Source: the human T2T-CHM13v2.0 reference genome, Homo sapiens
Assembly: GCF_009914755.1 (NCBI RefSeq)
Contig: NC_060935.1
DNA: 64,000 nt
Strand: one strand, 5' to 3'
Shown one piece after another: positions 14,466 to 29,800 of this stretch. Within the stretch, counting starts at the first letter, position 1, and each line of letters starts with the position of its first letter. The notes under the pieces are model-generated. The model saw only the letters and a list, made by a program, of their open reading frames with translations. It ran no database searches and was not told the DNA's origin. The position numbers and the translations under genes were made by a program.

Positions 14466-14860
<395 letters not shown>

Positions 14861-15118
14861 GTGGTGGGGGGGAGAGAGAGAGAGAGAGGAGAAGGAAGAA
14901 GAAAGAAGAAGGAGAAGGAGAAGGAGAAGGAGAAGGAGAAGGGGAAGGGGAAGGGGAAGGGGAAGGGGAGGAGGAGGAGGAAGAGGAAGAAGAAGAAGGG
15001 GAGGAGGAGGAGGGGAAGGAGGAGGAGAAAGAAAGAAAGAAAGAAAAAAGGAAAGAAAGAAAGAGAAAGAAAGGGGAAGGAAGAAAGAAAGAAGAGGAGG
15101 AGAAGGAAGGAAGGAAAT
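14861..15118 (+). repeat. Compound polypurine repeat (GA)n-(GAAGGA)n-(GAAGGG)n-(GAG)n-(GAAA)n
   Basis: ~250 bp almost purely A/G, following the Alu tail. Confidence 0.97.
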
Positions 15119-15329
15119 AACTAAAAATAACTAATGCACATCTCTGGGGCCTAGTTGTACGATTTGAAAATGAAATTGGACCTCATTTCCGTCTCAGTTT
15201 ATTTGGCCATGTCGCTTATGTTAATTATATTTTTCATTTTGTGGGAGTGACAACTGAAGAAGCCCCCCTTTTCTAGAATTCTCACTAAGGCTTTGAAGGG
15301 TTAGTGAGATTCATTCACCACAAAGGCTG

Positions 15330-16110
15330 CTCATTCATTCACCAAATATTTCATCATTGTGCATGCACTGTTCTTGGCCGTGAGGGTACAAGAGTACACA
15401 AGATAGATGAAGTCACTATTTCCATGGACATTATAAAAATAGTATAACAAATAAATGAATATGTATGTATCTTAGTTTTAGGTGGAGATGAGCTCTGAAG
15501 AGAAATAAAGCAAAGTAAGGAGTGTAAATGGGCATAAGGTTGGGTGGGTGGAGTGACTTGGATAAGGTGGTCAGGGAAGGCTGCTCTGAAGAGTTAACCT
15601 TTAAGCAAAGACCTGAATGAACAGAGAATGAAGGTCTGTGGAAAGAGCAGTCCTCAGACAGGGGAAATAATAGAACATTCCTTGAGACAGGAACATGCTT
15701 GGCATGTTTTTTAAATGCAAGAAAGCTGGTATGACTAGAGAAGAGTGACCAAGGGGAAGACTGTAGGACACCTGAGGTGTGATAAGTAACCAAAGCCAGA
15801 TCATGCAGGGCCACTGTAGACCATGAGATGCCACTGGGGGAGTTTGGGTGAGATAGTAATATAATCTGGTTTGCATTTTAAAACTATTATTCCTGCTGCT
15901 AGCTAAAAAGACATGGGAAAGAGGTGAAGTCAGGGAGGAAGAAACATGGAGACTAATTAGGAGTCTAGAAGCAGTATTCTAACCTGGATAGCCTGAATTA
16001 GTGCAGTAGCATAGTATGTAATGATAAACAAGTGAATATGTGATATGCTCTTTTGGAGTTGGATTCCTAATGAATTAGGTGGGGATAGATGAGAGAAATT
16101 GAAAACCTCT
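15330..16110 (-). mobile_element. L2 3' region
   Basis: 'cattcattcaccaaatattt', 'ggtggtcagggaaggctgctctgaagag', 'ccagatcatgcagggcc'. Confidence 0.8.
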
Positions 16111-16497
16111 GGGTAAACAATCTATAAGGCATATTCCAGAAATAGAAATCTATGAGCCCGTAACATGAACAATCTGCACCTTAGTTGACTGCTTATGGTA
16201 AAGAGGGATTTTACTAGAATCAGCCCACTTTGTAAACCACTGTGTTCTTGGGCCATTGCACAGGTCACTTAACACTTGTGGTCATTAACTTTTATATTGC
16301 CAAAGTGAGAGAAGTAAGACATTTCCACCTTTCTCATGCAGCAGCACTATGGTGGTATGCATTGGTCTTTTGTCACCCTGGCTCTAGCCAATTATGAGAT
16401 GTATGACCTTGAACAGCTTATATTATTTCTACTAAATCGGGGGATGCTCAAAAAGACAAAAATATTTCCCTTTTATGGTTGTGGTGAGACTAAATAA

Positions 16498-16897
<400 letters not shown>

Positions 16898-19859
16898 CAT
16901 AACATTCTTTCTTATGCTTTAGAATGCCATGTATAGGGGCTGACCTACCAAGGAACTTATTGGAAGTTGATTTTCTTTCTTCCAAATCCAAAATTTGCTT
17001 GCTTATATGAGCATAGGACTCATAATTTAAGATAACATAGCGTGTTTTCAGAGCTGCCTTCTGGAACCAATTTCCTAATGCAAATGAATGGCTCTAATAA
17101 TAATATAATTTCAGGCAAGTTAATACGTAGTAAAAAACATCCTTTTGGAAAAGCAGCCATTTCTCTCTCTCTCAGGTTAAACACATTTTCCTGCATATTC
17201 ACTCTTAAGAAGCATTCTTTTTTATTAGAATACAGGTATAAGTGCTGATGCAAGTTTATGATTATAGAGTACTTGAATAAGTTCCAATGCCTTACCTATC
17301 TTACTTTGTCAGAGAAATAGTCCTGCTCAGGGAATTTTGAATTCATTGACAGTTTTTTTAGTCACCTTTAAATTTGTCACTTGACATAGTAGGAAGTACA
17401 TACCCAATTCACCTGGCAATAGGCACTGCAGTATTTTTAATAGCATTTCATAGAAATGTCATATCCAATTAGTAATTTCACCATGCTACCTCAACAATTA
17501 GTGAATTAATCCAGGAAGTGCCTATAAAAATCATACCAGGTAATAGTTTCCTAAGTCATTTACAGTTAATAATATGTTGTCAAGTTTAGATCTCAAGTGT
17601 AATTCAAAGTAGAGTCCATGGTCTTCAGATTTGCTCAGTGACATTGTGAACCAGTAACATACAGGTGCAAAGCTCTAATTTTTTATTCTCTTTTATCTAA
17701 CTCATAATCTTTCCATTTCTCTGTGTGTCTCCACTGCCTCTCTTCATGACTAGAATCATGAGTTGTGTTAGCATTGAACTGTATCTCCTAATCAACTCAG
17801 CTTCTGCCTATTTGTCTTTCCTAGTCAGCGTATGATGAGTTTGGCCAAACTTCCAAAGATAGAATATGCCATTAACATTGATTTTTTAAAATCTGTAATA
17901 GGGTATTGTGTTGGCATTCCTTCATTGAAATTCTAAGTATGTGGATTAATCATAAAATCATATTCTTCAGAACCATTGGAAGTATAATATTCATATGTTT
18001 TCATATATCAAAACCACGTTTGTGCTGTGTCTTCCTATTTGATTTTTCTCTTTTTCCTCTTGTAATATGATAAATTGCAAGAGGCAATTCCTGGTTGTTG
18101 CTTATGAAAATTTCAAGACAAAATCTAGATATGCTTTTTCTAGGGCATTGTTTCAAGACAGTTGCATAGTTAGTTATCTTCCTGCCACCAGGACATAAAT
18201 TAAGCTATTCATTAACCAACTAATATTGTTAAATGTCTACTATAAGAAGGCCTTCAGGGAATACAAAAAGATGCTAATATTTTGTTCTCAAAGAACTCAT
18301 AATTTAGATGAGAAGAAAATGCTCAGTCAAATGAAAAATCAGTTAATAACAGTGAGTTAAATTGGAATGTAATGTGAGTTCAAAGGTTATTAGATATTAT
18401 AAAACTGTCCAATGGATAGTGCAGATAATATTTCTGTTATCCATTTATACTTCACAGCATTTTAGCTAGGCATTGGAGGATAGAATTAAAATTTTGAGTA
18501 CTTTGTAGCCCACTCCTTTGCTTCAGTAGCAGACTATCATAAAACTTGATTTCCTCCTGGGGCCATCTCATCTCAACTTGCCTTTAACTGACCATTCCAG
18601 GCTACCTAATACCTGAACAGAGCACAGACAACTCCTGTACTGACATCAGTATCCATACCCAGGATAAGCTGCTGTGTTGATTTTTTGACCTACTTTTCCT
18701 CTTGAGACTTCAAATTAAAAGATGGCTATGTACCAATAATGTTAGTGGGTACCTTAGGGGATATAAAAATGAAGATGTCATGGTTGTCATTTATATTCTC
18801 ATGTCTTGTGGGATAAACACATAGGTATAAACAATCCAAACCAAGTAGAGTATGATGAGAGCCTTAATAAAGGTAGAAATAAAGCTGTTGTGAACTGACT
18901 TTAACCCAATCTAATAAATATGGCCCAATGTAATAATATAAAAGATCTACCAATGTAAACATTCAGATCCTTTGTGAAAGTTCCTTCAGATTTCCCCTTC
19001 CTCATCCTGCTCCTCTGTAAAATGGCATCTGACTGTGTGGTAGAGGAAGCAATGTTTAAATGACTTTGGAGATTTAATACAAAAACAGGAACTCATAGTG
19101 CGAGGATCTTCGGGAACCACACAAATTATGATATTTGAGGTGTTTGTCTTGTCTAAAAACTGAATCAGTGATTGATAGGCTGCAATTTGTTCTCCCTGAC
19201 TCTTTGGATTAAGATTGTGGGTGGTTAGAGATGACATACTAGTACCTATCATACTGGTCATATCTATGCCCTCAGGGCAGATAGAATCTTTTGGGGTTCC
19301 TGCACACTACGTAATAGTTGATAGCCAGGACCTCTGTTCCAGGCCCACGTGTTTGGATCCCTCCTACCAATGAGTCTATGCTATTTTAGAAGTGGTTCCT
19401 TTCAGACCTCCCTACAAGCTTACAGCCCCTTGCTAGTATCCCAAGAGAAGCATGACACAAGTCCAATGTTCTGAGCTACTCCATCTCTCAGCGCATATTT
19501 CCCCAAAATTGATCAATTACCAAGTAGCAGTGCTTTTGAAGTTCATGCCTAAAAAGGCAAATTTAAATCTTTTTCTTCTTCTATCATATATTCTTACTAC
19601 TCTTAAACAGAAAACCTTGTAACTGTCATTGGTAAAAGGGATATCTTCTCTAGAACTACAGAAGAAATTCTATAATCTAGGTCTTTAGACTTGGTTCATA
19701 TTATTTTAGAGAAATTCGCAAAGTTTGTTTGCTGTCCAAATCTAATAATAAAGCCTAGTATTTTGATGTACAATCTTATTTTGGTTGTTGGATGTTTAAT
19801 ATTAGCTATATATATTTTTATTACTTGATTATTCTAATAAAGATATGCCTGTCCCTACT

Positions 19860-20159
19860 TTTTTTTTTTTTTTTTTGAGACCGAGTTTCACTCTTATTTC
19901 CCAGGATAGAGTGCAATGGTGTGATCTCGACTCACCGCAAAGTCCGCCTCCCAGGTTCAAATGATTCTCCTGACCCAGCCTCCCGAGTACCTGGGATTAC
20001 AGGCATGAACCACCACACTGAGCTAATTTTTGTATTTTTAGTAGACACGGGGTTTCTCCATGTTGGTCAGGCTGGTCTCGAACTCCCGACCTCAGGTGAT
20101 CCGCTCACCTTGGCCTCCCAAAGTGCTGGAATTACAAGCATGAGCCACCGCGCCTGGCT
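19860..20159 (-). mobile_element. AluSp-like
   Basis: Sp diagnostics 'ctcaccgcaa', 'tttctccatgttggtcagg'; TSD gcctgtccctact at 19847-19859 and 20160-20172. Confidence 0.92.
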
Positions 20160-20277
20160 GCCTGTCCCTACTCTTTCATGCAGGTAACAGGTACAGTCAT
20201 ATATACAGAAATATAAACAAAAAAATAGAGCACCTTTTTTTAAAACGATTTCTCCATTTGACTCTGCTATAAGGGAT

Positions 20278-20627
20278 TGTATCAGAACCTGTAGGATATG
20301 TGTGTGTCTGTATATGTGTGTGTGTCTCTGTGTGTGTGTATCTCCAGTATTGTCACAGTATACATCAAGAGAGAGATTTGGCAGGCTGGAAATTCTAGGG
20401 CAGAAGGTGACTCTGCAATCTACCAGTGGAGTTTCTTTTTTCCTTGGGAAAACCTCAATTTTGCTCTTAAAGATCAGCCTTTCAACTAATTGGATGATCT
20501 CATTTACTTAATGTCAACTAACTGTAGATATTAATCACTTCACAAAATAACTGCACAACACCCCCTTACATTAGCGTTTGAGTAGCTAGGTGCCACAGCT
20601 TAGCCTAGTTGAAAAATGATAATCACA
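20278..20627 (-). mobile_element. Old ERVL-class LTR (LTR40/41 or MLT2-like) with degenerate (TG)n
   Basis: 'ggaaaacctcaattttgctcttaa..cctttcaactaattggatga', ends 'gcctagttg..aatcaca'. Confidence 0.6.
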
Positions 20628-21224
20628 GAGCCTACATTAAATTGGTGATAACTGGAAGGGAATAAAAGGGATCAATTATGAACAAACAAATAACTAGATA
20701 AAACAGGCAAAGGTAACAAAGCACTAAGAATAATGTGAAAGGTTTACTTTGGTAACTGCGAAAGTGGTGTACATGTAAAAAAACAATAAGTAGCTTATTT
20801 GGAGAAGACGTTAACTAATTCAGTTTTAGATGCTAATGAATGTGAGTTAAATAATCAAATTATTGGAGGTATTTTGCCCAATCAATATATCTTAATTGAA
20901 CTGCTGAAGGGATGGACATACAACCTCCACTGCCCAGCTCTGGACACAGCTGATTGGGCTGGTAGTGTATATCTGACCAAATCTGAAGAGTTAATTTAGC
21001 CAATCAGGTTCTTATCACACTTAAATAACCACACACACAAGCTAGTCAAATGGTCAGGGGTCCTACAACTATAGAAACTTGGAGTCCTGGAAGTGGCAGC
21101 CTTGAAAGTGCAACTGTATGTTGTATAGTCCAGCCCAGAGAGAAGAGAATCTTAACTTAGATGAGATAGGCTAGATAACTCTAGCCTTAAAGGTGGAGAA
21201 CATAATTTTAATCCCTATCCTTCT

Positions 21225-23802
<2,578 letters not shown>

Positions 23803-24299
23803 TTTCTAGACACTGATTTCATGATACCCGACTTTACTACATTTACTTTCTTTAAGCTTTATTATTATAAATATTCCCATTTTCTAAATGTATTTAACTT
23901 ACATTGAATAAGTTTCAGTTCTTGGATTCAGGAGTAAAACCAAGTAGCATGAGGAAATTGACTTGGAAATATCAGTACTATCTATTTTCAATCATTTGCT
24001 AACTCAATGTTTACTTAGTGTGTTTGCTGGTGGTAAAAAGGAGAAAGAAGGAATTTTAAAATTGGGACCAAAATGAGTCTGAATGTAGTTTAATTGAAAA
24101 AATAATGGACTCCAAAAACAGCCGCACTTGCTGCAGCATGGTACTTGCAGGATCAAAACAAAATGTAAAGAAATACCTTCTGATACCTTGACTGCAATAA
24201 TTAATTATTCAACCACATCCAGAGTTATAATCTGTAGTCTCTACCATATTTTCACTGCCCAATGTACTAATCTTGTCAAAAATTTCTACCCTATTCAGC

Positions 24300-24825
24300 T
24301 TAAATTCCTTGGCCCATCAAAAGCAATACTTTTTCACATAAGTCTCTAATGTCCTTGCCATTTTTGGCTTTGCCATTCTCCGCTGATAAAATCCCAACCA
24401 CAGTTAATCCCAACTCTCTGCCTATTCCATACTTCCCTTCACTCAAAACATTGCTGGCAAATTATGCCCAATCATACTATCTGGCCAAAATTGAAATATA
24501 CGACCACAAACCTTAAATGGGCTCTTCATGCTACCCAACAATCAGCTATGCTTCTTCAGTTCAGTCACATCTACTTGTCTGGACAATGTTTTTATACTTT
24601 CATCTCTACCATTAGAACTCCAACACTTCCTTCCTCTTCATCTATTCTCATTCTTACGAGGATGCTTATGCTTCCCACTCCACTGAGAAGAGAGCCAACC
24701 AAGTGCCTGAAATCCAGTACCATATCTTCCTGCCTACCTGTTAGATTGTAAAACTTCCCCAGGAGTCCTCGCTTGTTATGTCTATGAATCAGTTTCTTCC
24801 CTTCTACTGGCTGATTCCTAATAGC
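24300..24825 (+). mobile_element. L2 ORF2-derived fragment
   Basis: 'aaaatcccaaccacagttaatcccaactctctgcctattccatac', 'gaccacaaaccttaaatgggctctt'. Confidence 0.6.
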
Positions 24826-25018
24826 AACAGCTGGGAATTGAGGAAGGCAGAGTGGGAAGTGAGCATTAATGGGTGCAGGGTTCTTTGAGAGTAATAAAAC
24901 CTTCTAAAATTACATTACAGTGATTGTACATGCCTGTAATTATACTAAAATCTAACACATTTTACAATTCAAAAAGGTAAATTTTACGGTATGTAGCATA
25001 TCTCAATGAAGGTGTTTC

Positions 25019-25022
<4 letters not shown>

Positions 25023-25063
<41 letters not shown>
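25023..25063. repeat. (AT)n microsatellite, about 20 units; (CA)n nearby at ~25110-25140
   Basis: Direct observation. Confidence 0.98.
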
Positions 25064-25068
<5 letters not shown>

Positions 25069-25223
25069 ATCTTTGTGATCCTGTGGTTTGCAAAAATACC
25101 TTTGACAGCACACATACACACGCACACACACACACACACAGACATGCAAACATATAGTCATTACAAATTGTTGAACTGTTTTTTTTCAAAATGAAAAGAT
25201 TTATCTTCATCAAAAGCCACTAT

Positions 25224-25360
25224 GCTTACTACCTTAGCAATGGGATCATTACTATCTCAAACCTCATTCCATATGACCATGTAAAAAACCTGCACATGCA
25301 CTGAATCTAAATTAAAAGTAGGAATTATTTTTTAAAAAGCTAAAAATAAGAGTAAACCAA
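25224..25360 (+). mobile_element. Short L1PB4-like 3' end insertion
   Basis: 'catgtaaaaaacctgcacatgcactgaatctaaattaaaagt'; TSD aaaagccactat (25212-25223) / aaaagtcactat (25361-25372). Confidence 0.7.
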
Positions 25361-25509
25361 AAAAGTCACTATTGCAAAACACATAAGCTACAGATTACAT
25401 AAAATATTTACAATACATGTTGGACAAAAGACATACATACATGTTAAGAACCAAAACTCAATATTAAAAATTAAATCACCCAATTAAGCAATCAGAAAAA
25501 GATTTAGAT

Positions 25510-25838
25510 TTTTTAAAATTATTTTTAACTATTTGGTTGAGACAGGGTCTCACTTTGTCACCCAAGCTGGAGGGCAGTGGCATTATCATAGCTCACTGCA
25601 GCCTCGACCTCCCAGGCTCAACCAACCCTCCCACCTCAGCCCCAGAGTAGCTGGGACTACAGGCGTGTGCCACGACTCCCTGCTAATATTTTTTTTCCAG
25701 TGAATTGTTTGAACTTTTTGAGAGATGGGCTCTCACTATGTTGTTGAGGCTGGTCTTGAACTCCTGGACTCAAGCAATCTTCCTGCCTCAGCCTCCCAAT
25801 GTGCTGGGATTACAGGCATGAGCCACCACACCCAGCCT
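25510..25838 (-). mobile_element. AluJ
   Basis: 'gagacagggtctcac..catagctcactgcagcctcgacctcccaggctcaa'. Confidence 0.9.
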
Positions 25839-26344
25839 GATTTGGATATTTTATTAATAAAGGCATACAAATTAATAGTAAGTAAATAAAACTGTGTTCA
25901 AACTATTTGTCATCAGAGGAAATGAATAAGCTATTTGAAACCACTACATACCAACTAACATAATTAAAGTTAAAAAATAATAATGATAACTGAAAACATG
26001 AATATAGGTGAGGATGTGAAGCAAGCAGAACTGTGGCTCATTGACAGTAGAAATAATAAATTGTACCAATTTGGAAACCTATTTGGCAGTTTCTTATAAA
26101 GTTCCACATCACTTTTCTATGACCCATCAATTCTGTTTCCATTTATTTATTAAAAAGAAATAAAAACATATATTCACAAAAAGACTAGTACAAGAATGTT
26201 CATAGTAGATTTATTTACATTAGCTCTAACTGGAAATATCCCAAGTGTCTATCAATAGATGATTTAAAATTTTTTGTTTATATATATATATGTATATGTA
26301 TATATGCCAAATACCAAATATATATGTGTGTGTATATATACGTA

Positions 26345-26643
<299 letters not shown>

Positions 26644-27139
26644 TAAATGCAATACTACTCAACAATTAAAATTGACAACTGATATATACAACAAAATAAA
26701 TGAATTTCAAAAATATTACATAGAACAAAAGAAGCATATGCAAACGAGTACATCCACATGATTTGCTTTATATGAATTTCAACAAAGGACAAGACAAATC
26801 TGTGGCAATAAAAGTCAAAACACCAGATGCCTCTTGGTGTGGGGACATTGACTGGAAAGAGGTATGAGAAGTTTCCGGGATGACAAAACAATTCTAAATC
26901 TTGATTAAGGTGTTAGTTACATGAGTTTACATATTTGTTAAAATATATTAAACTATGGAAGAAGATCTGTTTATTTCTCTACATGTAAATTATACCTTAT
27001 AAAAATAAAAACAAGTTAACATCCTCAGTTGGGTTAGTTATCAGGTGGAAGTCAAGGCTGGAAAGATGGAAATGCATATTGTTCAATATTTTACAGTATT
27101 GTATATATTTTGTGAAATTATTTTCTTTGAAAATCCGGA

Positions 27140-28050
27140 TAATCACAGAAGAAAAAAGCTAAATAGCAGAATATTAGTGATGTATGCTGTTCATAAAGTC
27201 AAGCTTATAGCAAGGTGTTACAAGAAAGAGATGAACTCGGAAGCATTAGCTATTTTGAGAGCACAGTGAATTTATATCTGGAGAATTCAAAAACCTGGGT
27301 CTTGCAGGGTTAGAAAAGCCAACTGCTTTTAAATCCCAAACTCAAAAAGGCCCACTAAGATCTTATAGTTGAATAAGGACTTAGCCCTGAGCAGAGAGGG
27401 GTTGAAGAGCAAGGAGACACATTGACAGAGTTAAAATCCCTGAGCCTCAAGATGGCTGTTGTTAATTTCAGAGGGAGAAAGAAAAAGACAAGGAGGCAAG
27501 ATCGTAACAAATAAATCATGCTAGATATTTACCGTTAGCAAAGAATTTTAGTATAGTTACAGATATGTGGTACTGAATGAGTTGCTTAGATTGATTTGTG
27601 CAAGAAATGTGAAGCAAACTAAACCACATCCTGGCCTAAAAATACTCTCAATCTTCCACTTGCAGAATGTGGCTATAGAATGTCAGGAGGAGGACATTCT
27701 CCAAGGAGGACATATTCCCTAATGTTCATTTCAAATGAGGCAATGGACCTCAGGAGAAAAAAATTGGAGAAAAGATTTGTTCCCTGATAGAAGAGTCAGG
27801 GTCTACTCAGGTAAGTTTCTCTACTACCAGGTTAGAGAATTTTACAAAGCCAATTTCATAGGATTTTCTTATTGCTATGGACTCTGCAATACATCCTTTT
27901 CCCAATAAGACTTTCAGTGCAGTTTGCAAGTCTCCCATAATTGATCACTGGAGAGTAGATCATTGTCTTTTGTCTATTAGTTGTCAGAGTAGGATGTCAT
28001 ACCGGATGAAAAGAACTGTACACCACCCACAAATCTCTCCTGTACCTCAA
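27140..28050 (+). mobile_element. Possible old MaLR/ERVL internal sequence
   Basis: Weak resemblance only ('gcttatagcaaggtgttacaagaaagagatgaactc'). Confidence 0.35.
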
Positions 28051-28084
28051 GCTACACACCTCACTTAGATAGGGTAGTAATGTG

Positions 28085-28700
28085 TACTCCTGATGGACAG
28101 GCAATCGAGGAATTTGTAGGCTATATCAAAGAGTGTAATCCTTACCTTATAAGCAGTGGCCAGCCACTGAAAGGTTTTAGCTTACATGGCATGTGATCTG
28201 ATGCATGCATCAAGAATGCCTTTCTAGTTTCGGTGTGTTGATTAGATTGGAAGTGGATCAGAATAAATAATGGGCAGTAAATTAGGTTTTATAGCAATCA
28301 AGTTGAAAGATGGTGATAGCTGGTACTAGACTTGTGACAAAGGAGATTTAGCATAGTGGAACAATATGAGAAATATTTAAAAGGTAATGCTAATTGAACA
28401 TGGAGTGCATTGTAAATAGTGAGAGAGGATGGTAAGGGGGGTGGAATTTTTACATACAATATTTACTTGGAGGATGGTGTAATTTGCTAAGTAAACAGCT
28501 AGAAAATCAGGTATAGAAGAATAGCTTGAAATTGGACGTATTGGATACCATGTGTTTGAAGTCTCTTGGAAAAATCTAGTGTATTGAATTCATTACAGAT
28601 GTCTATGCCAGACATTTCACTTACCAATAATTAGTATAATAATAATGACTGAGGCTTGGGAATTAAATTAGCCTGAGAAGAGACTATGAAAATAAAAACA
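28085..28700 (-). mobile_element. L2 fragment
   Basis: 'gaatttgtaggctat..cagccactgaaaggtttt..gtgatctgat'. Confidence 0.65.
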
Positions 28701-28705
28701 AGAGG

Positions 28706-28797
28706 AAACAATGCAGGAGGTGACAGACAAAATAGCCAGTATAGAGATGAATGTAAACTACCTGATAGAGCTGAAAAACACACTACAAGAATTTCAT
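28706..28797 (+). mobile_element. L1 ORF1 fragment (L1PA15/16-like)
   Basis: 'acagacaaaatagccagtatagag..acctgatagagctgaaaaacacactacaagaatttcat' (MQEVTDKIASIE..LIELKNTLQEFH). Confidence 0.75.
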
Positions 28798-29112
<315 letters not shown>

Positions 29113-29116
<4 letters not shown>

Positions 29117-29800
29117 CAATTGAATTCTTGGACACAGAGTGTAGAAGGATGGTTAACAGAGGCTGGGAAGGGTAGTGGCAGGCTCAGGAGGAGGTGGGGA
29201 TGGTTAATAGGTATGAAAAATAGAAACAGCCAGGCGCCGTGGCTCACGCCCGTAATCCCAGCACTTCGAAAGCCGAGGCGGGTGGATCACCTGAAGTCAG
29301 GAGCTCGAGATCAGCCTGGCCAACATGCAGAAACAGCGTCTCTGCTAAAAATACAAAAGTTAGCCAGGAGTGGTGGTGCTCTTCTGTAGTCCCAGCTACT
29401 AGGGAGGTTGAGTCTGGAGAATCTCTTGAACCCAGGAGGCGGAGGTTGCAGTGAGCCCGCCATTGCACTCCAGCCTGGGCGACAGAGTGAGACTCCATCT
29501 CAAAAAAAAAAAAAAAAAAAAAAAAATAGAAAGAATGAATAAGACCTATTATTTGATAGCACAATAGGGTAACTATAGTCATTAATAACTTAATTGTACA
29601 TTTTTAAATAACTTAAAGTGTGTAATTGCATTGTTTGTAACTCAAAGGATAAATGCTTGGGAGATGGATACCCTATTCCTTGCGATCTACTTATTTCACA
29701 TTGCATGCCTGTATCAAAACATCTCATGTACTCCATAAATATATACACTTAACTATGTAACTGCAAAAATTTTAAAAATATACAAAAAAATTTAAAAACT
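29113..29800 (+). mobile_element. L1MA1/2-like 3'UTR interrupted by an Alu
   Basis: 'agaatgaataagacctattatttgatagcacaatagggt..ggataaatgcttgg..cctgtatcaaaacatctcatgta'. Confidence 0.88.
29228..29520 (+). mobile_element. AluS (Sx-like)
   Basis: Dimeric Alu; TSD aaaaatagaaa on both sides. Confidence 0.93.
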